Source of the DNA: a virus
Taxonomy: Duplodnaviria > Caudoviricetes
Virus record (IMG/VR): IMGVR_UViG_3300042889_002114
Location: 1 to 58,296 of that record
Strand: one strand, 5' to 3'
Length of the DNA: 58,296 nucleotides
Under the pieces are notes generated by a model. It was not told the DNA's origin, ran no database searches, and saw only the letters and a program-made list of their open reading frames with translations. A program made the translations under genes and the position numbers. Shown here in pieces: positions 30,202 to 40,411 of the stretch. The stretch's first letter is position 1, and each line of letters opens with the position of its first letter.

Positions 30202-30854
30202 AAAGCTGGAGTCTACGAAACAACAGCACCGTACCAACCGTGATCGCCGCTCACGATGAGAAAATCCGTGATATGCATCGTCGGGTAATGGCTGACGAGA
30301 AGGTCTATGTGAAGTTCACGAAATCACACGACGAACGACGCACCGGTAGCATTGGATACCTGTCCAATTTTGATATCAAAGAACGTGCCGTCTATTCGGG
30401 CTATTCTCGTAGTTTCTTTTCGGGAAGGACCGCCCCACCGGATAGTATCCGTCCCCAAGTAGTCCATATGGAAGTCATGTGGGAAGGACGTAAGAACGTC
30501 ATCCGAGTATGGGACTATGACATTGAGATTCTAGATGGCTACACGGGTGGCAGTGTTTGGAAGTGGGAGAAGCCACAGGGGCCGCTCGTAGAGGCCAAGG
30601 ACCGTACAGGACGTGAGATTAAGAAGGGTGACTTCATCAATTACGTCTTGCACCACCATGTCTCCTACGGGACCACGATCCATTTCGGTACCGTTTCTAA
30701 AGTGGACAGGGATGGTACGGTATGGGCCAAGAACGTGAAAGTGGATGACAAGGAGACTGTTGCGGAAAAGCGCATTAAGAACAATGAAAACATTGTGGTA
30801 TTGACAAAGGACCTCCTGGATCGTTTAATGCTGCTCAAACTGGCATCAGCATAG
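30198..30854 (+). CDS. hypothetical protein, tandem paralogue 2
   Basis: Same C-terminal pattern. Confidence 0.75.
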   Translation: MKSWSLRNNSTVPTVIAAHDEKIRDMHRRVMADEKVYVKFTKSHDERRTGSIGYLSNFDIKERAVYSGYSRSFFSGRTAPPDSIRPQVVHMEVMWEGRKNVIRVWDYDIEILDGYTGGSVWKWEKPQGPLVEAKDRTGREIKKGDFINYVLHHHVSYGTTIHFGTVSKVDRDGTVWAKNVKVDDKETVAEKRIKNNENIVVLTKDLLDRLMLLKLASA

Positions 30855-30861
30855 GCAACCC

Positions 30862-31596
30862 GTGACTCCCATCAAGCTCTACAAACCCAGCAGGACAACC
30901 GCCGGGGTCCTTGCCTCGGATGCAGTCTTCAAAGAGATGTGGGAAATCCTGTTACGGGGCGACCCTGTCTATCTAGAGTACGACTGCCCCGCGGGATGGC
31001 CCGACGCCATGCGGAATGGTACTATCGGCAAGGTCACTTTTGATCCCAAGGAGAATGCGAGTGCATTCATCTCCTACAACTACAGCATCACGTCGACGTG
31101 GGAAGATCAGGTAGATCAGTTTGTAGAGGACTTCCACCTGGGCAAATACACCCTGGCGGATCTCATCAAGCACCGAGCCCATGGTTCGTGGGGTCCGCCC
31201 AATTTCGTGGTCAAGTTTGATGACCGTCGAAATGCGCTGAAGCCCAACTGGACGCACCTACTCTGGCTCAAGGACTACAAGGGTCCTACCATTTGGAAGA
31301 ACGCCACGCCACTCAAGAAAAAGCAGCCACCCAAAAAGGTTTACGATCGATTGGGCCGTGAGATAAATGTAGGTGACTTTGCGAACTATATCCTGTATCA
31401 TTATACGGTTACAGGCGCTGGTTCCTATTTTGGGGCCATCACTAAGATTACTGATTCGGGTAAGGTGTTTGCCAAGAACATCAAGCTAGGATCCAAGGAT
31501 CGATCGGAAGACAAACAAATCAAAGACCCAAGTCAGATTACGATCATGACAAAGGATCTTATGGATCAGCTCGTGCTGGCAAAGTTGAGAATGTGA
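30862..31596 (+). CDS. hypothetical protein, tandem paralogue 3
   Basis: Same C-terminal pattern. Confidence 0.75.
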   Translation: MTPIKLYKPSRTTAGVLASDAVFKEMWEILLRGDPVYLEYDCPAGWPDAMRNGTIGKVTFDPKENASAFISYNYSITSTWEDQVDQFVEDFHLGKYTLADLIKHRAHGSWGPPNFVVKFDDRRNALKPNWTHLLWLKDYKGPTIWKNATPLKKKQPPKKVYDRLGREINVGDFANYILYHYTVTGAGSYFGAITKITDSGKVFAKNIKLGSKDRSEDKQIKDPSQITIMTKDLMDQLVLAKLRM

Positions 31597-31847
31597 AGTC
31601 CCTACCAGTATTTGTGCGTAAACATGGACCTTTGTTTGTAGTGGTCCTCCTTGCTACTTGGGTGGCCTACCATATAGGCCACCGAGATGGCTATTCTAAG
31701 GCTAGTGAACAGGTAGCCGTGGTGACTCAACTCCTGCTCATGGAGAACTGCTTGGCCTTCAATGCCAATCTCGAACAGTTGGGCAAATCCGAGCGGATGG
31801 ATTGTAGCCTGTTCAGCGATCTCAATCCCAGCGCGATGGTCCTATGA
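31593..31847 (+). CDS. small membrane-anchored protein
   Basis: N-terminal TM segment; GTGA overlap. Confidence 0.55.
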   Translation: MKSLPVFVRKHGPLFVVVLLATWVAYHIGHRDGYSKASEQVAVVTQLLLMENCLAFNANLEQLGKSERMDCSLFSDLNPSAMVL

Positions 31848-31993
31848 AGAAGCGTCTAGAAGATTTTCAATCCGAACGTGAATACCTAGCCTATCGTGAT
31901 AAACAGAATGGTTGGTTTGATTTCACGATGACCGTGGGTTTGCTGACGGTGGGCTTTGGCTCAATGATTCTCATCATGGTCCTAGGTAAATAG
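31844..31993 (+). CDS. 49-aa membrane protein
   Basis: ATGA overlap; C-terminal TM segment. Confidence 0.5.
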   Translation: MKKRLEDFQSEREYLAYRDKQNGWFDFTMTVGLLTVGFGSMILIMVLGK

Positions 31994-32030
31994 TTGACGT
32001 AATGGTTAGCCTACTCTAGGTTGAATTTAC

Positions 32031-32118
32031 GGAAGGTGGGCAGGCCGGTAATGCAGCAGATTGCTAATCTGTAGAACCCGCAAGGGTTCAGAGGGTTCGA
32101 TTCCCTCATCTTCCGCCA
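32031..32118 (+). tRNA. tRNA-Ser(GCT)
   Basis: GCAGA-TTGCTAA-TCTGT, long variable arm, GCCA end. Confidence 0.93.
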
Positions 32119-32155
32119 AACATTCCAGCAAGAGATCGAACCGATCTGGAATGCT

Positions 32156-32605
32156 ATGTACTCCTCCAAGCAAGACTTGTTCTACGAGCAGGTAGGTAAG
32201 AACCTCTTTGCGGTGATGATCCGTGCAGATATCTATGTGGGCAAGCCCAACGTAGCCGCACATCAATTCACTTCCTGGATGGCCGACACAATCCCTGAAC
32301 GTCTACGCATCATCGAAACGAGAGTGGATCACTTCTTCGGTGACGGTCGTTTCATGCTTTGGTACGTCAACAAGTCTGAGCTCACACTGATCAAACTCGT
32401 CCACCCCATCAAGACTAAAGATCAATGGGTAGATGAGTATCATGATCGTACACGAAAGCTTATGGAAAAGATCAAAGAGGATATGGATCTTATCCTCAAT
32501 ACGAGTTTGACCCGCAATCTTGAAAATGCTTGGATCGAATCTGCGTTCACCACGAAGGCAGTGAATCAACTCTCAACCATGATAGGGAAGACCACCGATG
32601 AGTAA
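32156..32605 (+). CDS. hypothetical protein
   Basis: 149-aa ORF. Confidence 0.6.
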   Translation: MYSSKQDLFYEQVGKNLFAVMIRADIYVGKPNVAAHQFTSWMADTIPERLRIIETRVDHFFGDGRFMLWYVNKSELTLIKLVHPIKTKDQWVDEYHDRTRKLMEKIKEDMDLILNTSLTRNLENAWIESAFTTKAVNQLSTMIGKTTDE

Positions 32606-32918
32606 CCACGCCGCCGTTATTGTTGATGCAATCAACAATCGCTTGCAGGTGACCTTCCGGTACCGAAGCAACGAAGAGACTGAATCCACCGAACGTGTGG
32701 TAGAGCCTTGGATCTACGGCACTCGAAACGGCAAGGAATGCCTCTATGGTTATGCTGTCTCTGGTGGCAGTGGTCCGGGGATGAAGCGTTTCAACCTTGA
32801 GAAGGTCAGGGGCATCTCTCTCAATGGCAATCTCATGGAGAACCATCCCGAGGGTGTCACGGATGTGACGAAATGGGATGAAGTCATTGCAGCATGGGAT
32901 CACAAGATCGCTGCATAA
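32598..32918 (+). CDS. stand-alone WYL-like domain protein
   Basis: AI..R..V.FRY...R.VEP...LYGY...KRFNLEKV. Confidence 0.7.
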   Translation: MSNHAAVIVDAINNRLQVTFRYRSNEETESTERVVEPWIYGTRNGKECLYGYAVSGGSGPGMKRFNLEKVRGISLNGNLMENHPEGVTDVTKWDEVIAAWDHKIAA

Positions 32919-32927
32919 ATAGGGTTT

Positions 32928-33122
32928 ATGAAGGAACCCTCGCTCGAAAACCTCACCTTAGTTCGTCTCTTGCAACTGCAACGGGCATGGGAGGCTGGTG
33001 CCAAGTCAGCTTTTGAAGCGGGTAGGCTCAATCTAGCGGCTAGTCTTGTAGCCAAGGTAGATCTTCTTCTACCCCTTATAGCAGCTAGACGAGCAGAGAA
33101 CCTCAACGACCTTTTCGCCTAA
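32928..33122 (+). CDS. small hypothetical protein
   Basis: TAAATA directly upstream; terminator downstream. Confidence 0.5.
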   Translation: MKEPSLENLTLVRLLQLQRAWEAGAKSAFEAGRLNLAASLVAKVDLLLPLIAARRAENLNDLFA

Positions 33123-33128
33123 GACATG

Positions 33129-33167
33129 ACCACCGCGCTCGGCTTGCCCACGCGGTGGTTTTCTTTT
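33129..33167 (+). terminator. rho-independent terminator
   Basis: ACCACCGCG/CGCGGTGGT followed by a T run. Confidence 0.7.
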
Positions 33168-33199
33168 GACTTTGGTGCCAATATGTCTAGTATCTAGGC

Positions 33200-33721
33200 A
33201 TGTGTGAACAATGTCTTACCTGGCCAGTTAGCTTCGGTGACCCACTTCCCGGCTATGTGCTCATGCGAGCGCGCCGTGATGGTAACGACTGGATGAAGGG
33301 TGAATGGGGTCTCGTTGAATGTAACGATCCCACTTATATCTGGAAAAAGACACCCACCCCTAGCCCCGTGTGGGGGATGACGGATGATGAAGAAGAGATC
33401 TTCATCAATGGTTTAACTAAAGATGACCCGCGGCGTGATCGCGCCCTTGGTCTCAACCAGGCAGCATTCTCTGAATCATTTTACGGCACACCGGAGCAGG
33501 GACATCGTCTCATTGAAGCCGCCAAGACTGTGGGTTTTGATAGAGAGAAGCATGGATCGTTCACCTACTGGTTCTTCGACTACCTGGGTGAATATCTCAA
33601 GACCGCTGTAATGGTAGATGAGGGTGATCCCTTTCCCAAACGCGAGGAGTTTGCTCCCGTGGATCTTACCATTGGCCGTGACCCCATTCCAGGAGAAGAC
33701 GATGAAGCTAACAATCGGTGA
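33200..33721 (+). CDS. hypothetical protein (N-terminal CxxC)
   Basis: 173-aa ORF. Confidence 0.65.
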   Translation: MCEQCLTWPVSFGDPLPGYVLMRARRDGNDWMKGEWGLVECNDPTYIWKKTPTPSPVWGMTDDEEEIFINGLTKDDPRRDRALGLNQAAFSESFYGTPEQGHRLIEAAKTVGFDREKHGSFTYWFFDYLGEYLKTAVMVDEGDPFPKREEFAPVDLTIGRDPIPGEDDEANNR

Positions 33722-34067
33722 AGCCATCGTGGATCGTAATCCACGGGACGCATTCGTACTCTATCTCAAGGTCATGCACGGTGACGCCGATGGCTACTCG
33801 ACCGAGGAGATCATGCGCGTACCCAATGACGAAGCCAACCTCGAGGACCTATATGAGGCTTTGCGGCTTATTGACGAAGTTGCTGAAGCGGATGATCAGG
33901 AGGCCATTCCTGGCATCATGGATAGTCACACGAAGTTGGATCAAGAGTGGCCCTACGACAGTACATGCGCCGGCAATGGCGATGGCACTCGGGCGAGCTA
34001 CGAGGAACATTGGGTTCGCTACTATGACACGGCGGGCGTTGAATTCTCGGTAAAGGTTGAGATCTAA
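33702..34067 (+). CDS. hypothetical protein, MHGDAD paralogue 1
   Basis: AGGAG RBS; MHGDAD...WP.D...VRY.D..GVE shared with the next ORF. Confidence 0.7.
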   Translation: MKLTIGEAIVDRNPRDAFVLYLKVMHGDADGYSTEEIMRVPNDEANLEDLYEALRLIDEVAEADDQEAIPGIMDSHTKLDQEWPYDSTCAGNGDGTRASYEEHWVRYYDTAGVEFSVKVEI

Positions 34068-34438
34068 TGCTATTCATGATTGGTAATCCTGTTCCCGCTG
34101 AAACCATAGAACCGGGATTCTATCTCGTCATGGACTTCATGCACGGAGACGCTGACAAGTACGAAACCCTGCGAGTCCTTCATGTGGATGATACTGACCA
34201 GGGCCGCCAGGAACTCGAGGAGGCCATTGAGCTTACCATACGGGCTCAAAAACTCATGGCGCCGGGTGGCGGCTGTGATGCTGAAGCTGGTAGTGAGATA
34301 CTCTACGATACCGTGGTGGGAGACGAATGGCCCGGTGATGTGACAGCGGATCACCAGTTCAAGGCAAGATGTCAGGCCTACTACGTCCGCTACTTCGATG
34401 ACTGCGGCGTGGAATACGAAGTGGATCTGGAAGACTAA
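34067..34438 (+). CDS. hypothetical protein, MHGDAD paralogue 2
   Basis: Same motif set. Confidence 0.7.
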   Translation: MLFMIGNPVPAETIEPGFYLVMDFMHGDADKYETLRVLHVDDTDQGRQELEEAIELTIRAQKLMAPGGGCDAEAGSEILYDTVVGDEWPGDVTADHQFKARCQAYYVRYFDDCGVEYEVDLED

Positions 34439-35313
34439 TGCTCGTTGAGATGGCAGTTGGCGATGCCTATGGCATTGGCTTTGAGTTCGTGGACCGGGAG
34501 AACTGGCCAGGCCCCAACGACCTCTCGCAGATGTACCAGCATCCCACTTACGCAGAACTCCTACCAGGCATGTACACCGACGACACCCAGAGGGCGCTCG
34601 CCAATGCCGAAGTGGTGCTCGCTGGCAGCTATCTCGATGTGAGGGCCTACGCGGAAGCCTATGTCAATGCCTACCAGCGTGACCCCCGTGAGGGCTATTC
34701 TAGACGCTATCAGGAGTACTTGAAGGCTCATCCCAACGCCAAAGAGTTTCTACTGGATCTAGATCGTACTGCGGTCTCCAACGGAAGTCTCATGGGTGTG
34801 GCTCCCCTGGGTTTCATTGGAGACATCCGTGAACTCAAACTGGCTGCGATGATCCAAGCCATTTCCACCCACAGCCCTGAGACGGCCATTCATGCTCAGG
34901 TCGTGGCCCTGACAGCTCACTACTTCCTATATGAACTCGGTGAGAAAAAGGATCTCATTGATTTCCTGCAGATCAACAGTGATGTCAGGGAATGGGACTA
35001 CATCACAACCAAGACGAGCAAGACCACCATCCGGGCCAAGAGTGTGGTGAATACAATGCTCACTGGCATCCTGATGCACGATGATCTATGTAGCCTATTG
35101 AAGTGGTCGGTTGATCTTGAGGGCGACACCGATAGCGCGGCGGCTACCTGCATGGCTATCGGTGCGGTTATGCGGCCTGCCATGAAGAATAATCTAGGGA
35201 TTGGGCCAACCACGGTGGAGCAACATTATTCACTCTATCATCCCCTCGAGGATGGCGAGTATGGCAAGTCCTACCTACTCAGTATGGACAACATGCTCCA
35301 CGATCTACTTTAG
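34438..35313 (+). CDS. ADP-ribosylglycohydrolase (ARH/DraG family)
   Basis: AVGDAYG..FEF, YTDDTQ, SNGSLM, STH, GDTDS. Confidence 0.9.
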   Translation: MLVEMAVGDAYGIGFEFVDRENWPGPNDLSQMYQHPTYAELLPGMYTDDTQRALANAEVVLAGSYLDVRAYAEAYVNAYQRDPREGYSRRYQEYLKAHPNAKEFLLDLDRTAVSNGSLMGVAPLGFIGDIRELKLAAMIQAISTHSPETAIHAQVVALTAHYFLYELGEKKDLIDFLQINSDVREWDYITTKTSKTTIRAKSVVNTMLTGILMHDDLCSLLKWSVDLEGDTDSAAATCMAIGAVMRPAMKNNLGIGPTTVEQHYSLYHPLEDGEYGKSYLLSMDNMLHDLL

Positions 35314-35369
35314 GTAGACAAGACTGGTTCTCCAGTTATACTGACATCAAGACAACCTAGGAGGGCTCC

Positions 35370-35849
35370 ATGGCCACGATGCACATTCTTGTTGGTCTAC
35401 CTGGTTCGGGTAAGTCCACCTGGCGCACCAAGCACCTGTTGACCAATCCTGATGCCGTCACCGTCTCGACAGATGACATGATCGAGGAGTATGCGGCCGA
35501 GAAGGGTCTGACCTATTCGGAGGCTTGGGACAAGGTTGACATGAAGTCGTTCAACACCCGCTTCAAGTATGCCATCAAGGCCGCTGTCGACGCTGGCCGG
35601 GACATCATCATCGACCGCACCAACATGGGTGTGAAGGCTCGGCGTGAACTCTTGAAGCACCTGACCGAGGACTACGATGCTCACGCCGTGGTGTTCGTGG
35701 TCACTGACGCCGTGCTCAAGGAACGGCTGAAGACTCGTGCTGAAAAGACGGGTAAGGTCATTCCTGAATTTGTGCTGAAGAGCATGGCCAACAACTACGT
35801 CGCCCCCACCCGTGAAGAGGGCTTCACGAGTGTTACCTACGTTCGTTAA
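35370..35849 (+). CDS. P-loop kinase (AAA_33 / polynucleotide kinase-like)
   Basis: GLPGSGKST, STDD, IIDRTN....R, R...R. Confidence 0.85.
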   Translation: MATMHILVGLPGSGKSTWRTKHLLTNPDAVTVSTDDMIEEYAAEKGLTYSEAWDKVDMKSFNTRFKYAIKAAVDAGRDIIIDRTNMGVKARRELLKHLTEDYDAHAVVFVVTDAVLKERLKTRAEKTGKVIPEFVLKSMANNYVAPTREEGFTSVTYVR

Positions 35850-36622
35850 TTCTTGCTGGCGCGGAGGCCGATGCTATCGGCGCCAGCGGAATACGCTGCC
35901 GATACGTCGGTGAGTGGTCCACTCGCCCAGTCATCCTTGGTCATCCTGACCTTGTATGTCTTAGCTAGTTTGGCCCACATGGCCTGACTACCAGGTGTCT
36001 GAACACTGTCGGCATCTAGGATTACTCCCTGATCAAGAAGCCAAGCGTAGAAGGCGAAGCCATACCCTCGGCTCTGAAAGAGTGGTGAGATCCAAATATG
36101 GCCAATCTTGTAGTGGTTGGTCTGTGCATCAATGGTGGTAAGTCTCGCACTACCAACGGGCCGCCCGTTGTTTACGAAGTAGAATCGAGGACGATCCGTG
36201 CTTGAATTGGGCCAATCCTCACAGTGTATGGTCCAGTCCTTGATCTTACCAACCTGAGCGGGAATACCATCTCGGGTCCATTGCATCAGACGGGAGTCGT
36301 TGTCACCGTCGTGCTTGGGATCGAAGGGTTCAATAGTTTGTACCTCCTCGATGTCCTGCTCGTTGATGCTCTCTTTGAGTTTGGTCCCGTCAGGCCCCAT
36401 CCAGTCATCGCCACCATTGACGGTATCTTTGGCATTGGTGAAATGTCTGGCACCCTTTTGGAATGTGGGCGGGCACCCATTGGCATCGAGTACGAAGCCC
36501 ATTTTGGCAGCTTGTCTTTGAGTCTCACCTGGTTGAACATCCACCGTGGTATTCACATTGGGAACGATCTTGCCCTCTTCAAAAAGCACATCGAGGCTTG
36601 AATACAACTGCCAAATCTTCAT
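35846..36622 (-). CDS. late protein with a C-terminal GNAT-like domain
   Basis: IWISPLFQSRGYG motif; TAAATA on the minus strand upstream. Confidence 0.6.
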   Translation of the reverse strand: MKIWQLYSSLDVLFEEGKIVPNVNTTVDVQPGETQRQAAKMGFVLDANGCPPTFQKGARHFTNAKDTVNGGDDWMGPDGTKLKESINEQDIEEVQTIEPFDPKHDGDNDSRLMQWTRDGIPAQVGKIKDWTIHCEDWPNSSTDRPRFYFVNNGRPVGSARLTTIDAQTNHYKIGHIWISPLFQSRGYGFAFYAWLLDQGVILDADSVQTPGSQAMWAKLAKTYKVRMTKDDWASGPLTDVSAAYSAGADSIGLRASKN

Positions 36623-36768
36623 TCCAAACCTCGTTATCTACTGGCTTAATGTGTATTTACCACAAATAAGTAAGAGTGTCTCGAGGGGCGCGGTTTGCCC
36701 CACCGGAAGATCGACCATCCTGAACCAGTTCAAAAGCTACGTCGTTCCTCGAGACTATAAATACCTGT

Positions 36769-37146
36769 ATGGCACTACCTGAAGGCGTATCAATAATCCA
36801 AGAAGATGACAGGGATCAAGATGGTCTCTACGTCATTCATAGTGGATGTACGCACATTCACCCTTTCATCGTTCCAATTCTAGGCAGCATCAAACTCACA
36901 ATCATTCATGCAGTGGGTGGTCAGGATCACAGTATCAGATGTTGGTTGGGATATGAGCCACTCAATGATACTATCGCGGCCGTCATGGGCTTGGTGGAAC
37001 TGGACAGAACCCCTCTGGTCTATGAGATATTTGATGAATTGAATGCCGAGGAAGGCACGGATTCTCTACCCAGCGCCCGAACGATTTATCTCAACATTTT
37101 GAATAGACAGAATAGCCCCAACAATTATCGGCTAGTGTTCGAGTGA
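36769..37146 (+). CDS. hypothetical late protein
   Basis: TATAAATA just before ATG. Confidence 0.6.
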   Translation: MALPEGVSIIQEDDRDQDGLYVIHSGCTHIHPFIVPILGSIKLTIIHAVGGQDHSIRCWLGYEPLNDTIAAVMGLVELDRTPLVYEIFDELNAEEGTDSLPSARTIYLNILNRQNSPNNYRLVFE

Positions 37147-37213
37147 TAACCAAATAGGTTGACAATAGGAGCCCTGGTGCTAGGATGATAGAAATCATTC
37201 CATTGGAGCATCC

Positions 37214-38554
37214 ATGTCTGTTTACGGTCTCAAAGAAAGCGTCGATAATCGGATTGCAACCCTTGTGGTAGCAGCTGATACGGTCGAGGAGTACGGCAAG
37301 TGGTACACGGATCTGCAGGCGCTCGAGGGTGACGAACGCCTCTTTGAGGAAGAGATTCTCAGCCAGGTCATGGCTCATCTCTTGGAGCCGGTCTACAAAG
37401 GCTTCAAGAAGCCCGTTCATGTCATCTTCCACAAGGACGAGGCACAACGTGACGCCTTCTTCGAACAACAGAAGTTGGTAGAGCAGAAGAGCAACCCCGC
37501 CCGTGACAGACAGGCTGACATGCTTCATCGTCACAAGGAAGCGGTACGAGAGGAAACCGAAAGCGACGAAGACCGGAACCGCACCATCGAGGAGCGTACG
37601 GGTCTGGACAAGGTCGATCCCTTCGATCGTCGTTCTGAAGAAGAAGTCCAGGCCGATCAGGCCATGAAGGACGAGATGAAGAAGCAACGTGCCGCCGGTA
37701 CGGTATCCAGTGACAGCTTCGCAGACCCCGACGCTATCCGCGCTCAGCGCAAAACGGATCGCCTCAAGGATGCCCTGGGTGGCAAGATGAGCGAGACGAT
37801 GGCGCGTGAACAGCTCAAGGAACTCATCGACCCCACCGATGCCAAGTATGGCGAACTCGACGGCATGACCGCTGATGAGCTCATCGACATCCTGGCTGAA
37901 CACGACATCGAAGGTGTTGAGGTCCTCCCGGATGCGGACTACAATGAGATCCGCAAGGGCATCATGGGTGATGAAACCCCGAGTGCCGATGGCGGTGATC
38001 TGCAGATTCGTGAAATCGGTGTCTCCCACAACGCCGATGGTAGCATCAATGTTGAGACTATCCGCGCTACCAAGACCGGCGGCGAGGTCGACACTGAACT
38101 GGCAGAGGCACGCCAAGAGGATTATGATCGGCGCGCCGAAGAGGCCAAGGGTGGCAAGCGATCCTTCCACCCCGACGACTTCGAGAAAGTCCTGCGTGGC
38201 GATGGACGCGGCGATGCGGTCATCAACCAAGAGGGTGACAAGGCCAACCCTGCTGGTCCGGGCCACTCGCGCCCCTCACTGAGTGACCACGCCGAGGCTG
38301 CTCGTCGGGAACACCAGGCTGCTCAGGATGCGTTGCGTCAACAGCGTGAGGACAACGAGCGCGAGGAAGCCATCCGCAATGGAAGCTTGCGTCCGACGCA
38401 GGAAGGCCAAGAGGAGACCCGCACTTCCAACACCCGTGACGTCACCCTCACTCCCAAGATGTGGGACGAGATTGATGCACTGGTCAAGGGTGGTGACTAC
38501 GCGGATGTCAGTGAAGTCATCCGCGAGGCTATTCGCGCCTACAAGGCTCGGTGA
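37214..38554 (+). CDS. acidic protein with a C-terminal ribbon-helix-helix (ParD/CopG-like) domain
   Basis: C-terminus VTLTPKMWDEIDALVKGGDYADVSEVIREAIR. Confidence 0.7.
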   Translation: MSVYGLKESVDNRIATLVVAADTVEEYGKWYTDLQALEGDERLFEEEILSQVMAHLLEPVYKGFKKPVHVIFHKDEAQRDAFFEQQKLVEQKSNPARDRQADMLHRHKEAVREETESDEDRNRTIEERTGLDKVDPFDRRSEEEVQADQAMKDEMKKQRAAGTVSSDSFADPDAIRAQRKTDRLKDALGGKMSETMAREQLKELIDPTDAKYGELDGMTADELIDILAEHDIEGVEVLPDADYNEIRKGIMGDETPSADGGDLQIREIGVSHNADGSINVETIRATKTGGEVDTELAEARQEDYDRRAEEAKGGKRSFHPDDFEKVLRGDGRGDAVINQEGDKANPAGPGHSRPSLSDHAEAARREHQAAQDALRQQREDNEREEAIRNGSLRPTQEGQEETRTSNTRDVTLTPKMWDEIDALVKGGDYADVSEVIREAIRAYKAR

Positions 38555-38895
38555 GCTACGCGGTATATCATATCGCTAGGTTTTACGAAGGGGAGCAGGA
38601 AACTCTCCCCTTCGTTTCTAGCCATCCTAGTCTTACTCCGGTGTATGAACTCTTTGAGAGCAACGTCACACTCCGACAGAAGTACATAGGTCTTTATGAA
38701 CACCGGGCCAGAATCACAGAACTTACGCAAAAGCGTGAGTACATGCGATCTCGTGGCTACAAGGTTGAAGAATACAGGCTTAATGAAATCGACCTAGAGA
38801 TTGGTCAGGCCGTTTTTGAAGAACAGAAGATTCACAAAGACTATGAGATGATCCGTAGACTTTGGGCCTATGAAGAGTCCGCTCTGAAACTTTAG
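38551..38895 (+). CDS. hypothetical protein
   Basis: GTGA overlap. Confidence 0.6.
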   Translation: MSYAVYHIARFYEGEQETLPFVSSHPSLTPVYELFESNVTLRQKYIGLYEHRARITELTQKREYMRSRGYKVEEYRLNEIDLEIGQAVFEEQKIHKDYEMIRRLWAYEESALKL

Positions 38896-38935
38896 TCGAT
38901 TTGAATAATGACGCCATGGGTACCGCTCATCCACT

Positions 38936-39583
38936 ATGAAGTGGATTGGAGCACTTATGTACCTCTTCCTCTTCCAGGCCCCCAAGCACGGCAACGTCTA
39001 TACCTACTATCGGTATAAGAAGTCCAACACCCGTGGTGAGTTTGATTTACGGTCCCTGCGCAAGGCCACCAAGGGCGCCGTGAAGATTTGGGGACACGGT
39101 ACCCATCCGGCGCATCTCATCCTACAGGACCATGGTTTGAGTAGAGCTCTCAACGGCCACCTTCTAGAAGTCGAAGATCCTAAGACAGCGGTTTGGATCA
39201 AACTCAACTACGACCTCTTGGGTAAATCGGGTGTCAAGTACGTCGGTGGCTTCAAAGACCTGGATGTGGAAGTCATGCGTGAGATGAGCAAGACTATCAC
39301 CGCCTTGGATGCGAAGAAGCGTGAGGTTGCTCAACACCAATGGACTGTGAACAACGCCACCGTGGCTCTGGATCGCCTCATTAGTAACTTTGGAAACGAT
39401 AACACTCACGCATATCTGAGCAAGGATACCGCAGAATCCGCCCGACAATTCTATGGTCTTCTGCGAGCTGACACGGATGTGAGGCGCCTCGAAGATCTAG
39501 ATCTTACCAACAACCTACACAATGCCAAGGTTGCGCTGGAGGACTACGTCAAGAGTTGTGGTATGGATCCAGGTGCTCGCTAA
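38936..39583 (+). CDS. hypothetical protein
   Basis: 215-aa ORF. Confidence 0.6.
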   Translation: MKWIGALMYLFLFQAPKHGNVYTYYRYKKSNTRGEFDLRSLRKATKGAVKIWGHGTHPAHLILQDHGLSRALNGHLLEVEDPKTAVWIKLNYDLLGKSGVKYVGGFKDLDVEVMREMSKTITALDAKKREVAQHQWTVNNATVALDRLISNFGNDNTHAYLSKDTAESARQFYGLLRADTDVRRLEDLDLTNNLHNAKVALEDYVKSCGMDPGAR

Positions 39584-39640
39584 ACGGTAGACAAATCTTC
39601 CCTATGTGTTAATCTGGCAGTTCAGTAGGGAGGCCATTGA

Positions 39641-40411
39641 TTGACAGATCTACCCACCAAACAGGAAGTTGAATCCCACGCACGCCAGGCCGTTGAACGG
39701 ATGACTGAGTGGGCCTGTAAGGAGTTTGGGTTCACGAGTTTTGATCCCATGGATCTCTACATCACATTTCAGAATAACTACTACCGGAGTAAGGGTGGTC
39801 GTGGATTCAGGGACGGCAAACAACACGCCGTTATCTCTCTGCATCTTCATCAATTCACCGCATTGAAGTCCAGAGGTCACTATGAATATGTGGCCTTTGG
39901 TGGTGATCTAGAGATCGGCAGTTTCATCCACCCCGATTGGAGGGTGAACCTGGAAGCCCTGATCGCCCATGAGGTCAGTCACGCAATTCAACATCTCCTT
40001 CCCTATTGGCCTAGCCGCTTCCAAGCAAGCGGTAAAAGTGCCAGATATGGGGACCTGGGTTTGTGGGAAGCCAATCATGGTGACTTCTTTCAAAACATCT
40101 ATCGTAAGATGCGCAAAGAATTCATTAATCACAAGCTGGAATACTACCAGTTGGGTTGCCCAGGATTGAGCTTTGAACTTGATCTCCTTCCCAGTGATGC
40201 TGTGGGAGAACGCATCGTGGGTCTGAACAATCGAGCCTATGAGGTTTTGGGTCGTCGCCCTCGTGCTCGTGTTCAAGTCTATTGGTTGCGAGACCTCAAA
40301 ACCAATGATCTAGCCACGGTATCAGCACAAGAGCTTTATGATTGGTGGCCAACCATTCTTCCCAGTCTACAAGTTGACGGCTATTCAGTTGTCACTAAAA
40401 TGACTGCATGA
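39641..40411 (+). CDS. SprT-like HExxH zinc metalloprotein
   Basis: IAHEVSHAIQH...HGDFF. Confidence 0.6.
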   Translation: MTDLPTKQEVESHARQAVERMTEWACKEFGFTSFDPMDLYITFQNNYYRSKGGRGFRDGKQHAVISLHLHQFTALKSRGHYEYVAFGGDLEIGSFIHPDWRVNLEALIAHEVSHAIQHLLPYWPSRFQASGKSARYGDLGLWEANHGDFFQNIYRKMRKEFINHKLEYYQLGCPGLSFELDLLPSDAVGERIVGLNNRAYEVLGRRPRARVQVYWLRDLKTNDLATVSAQELYDWWPTILPSLQVDGYSVVTKMTA

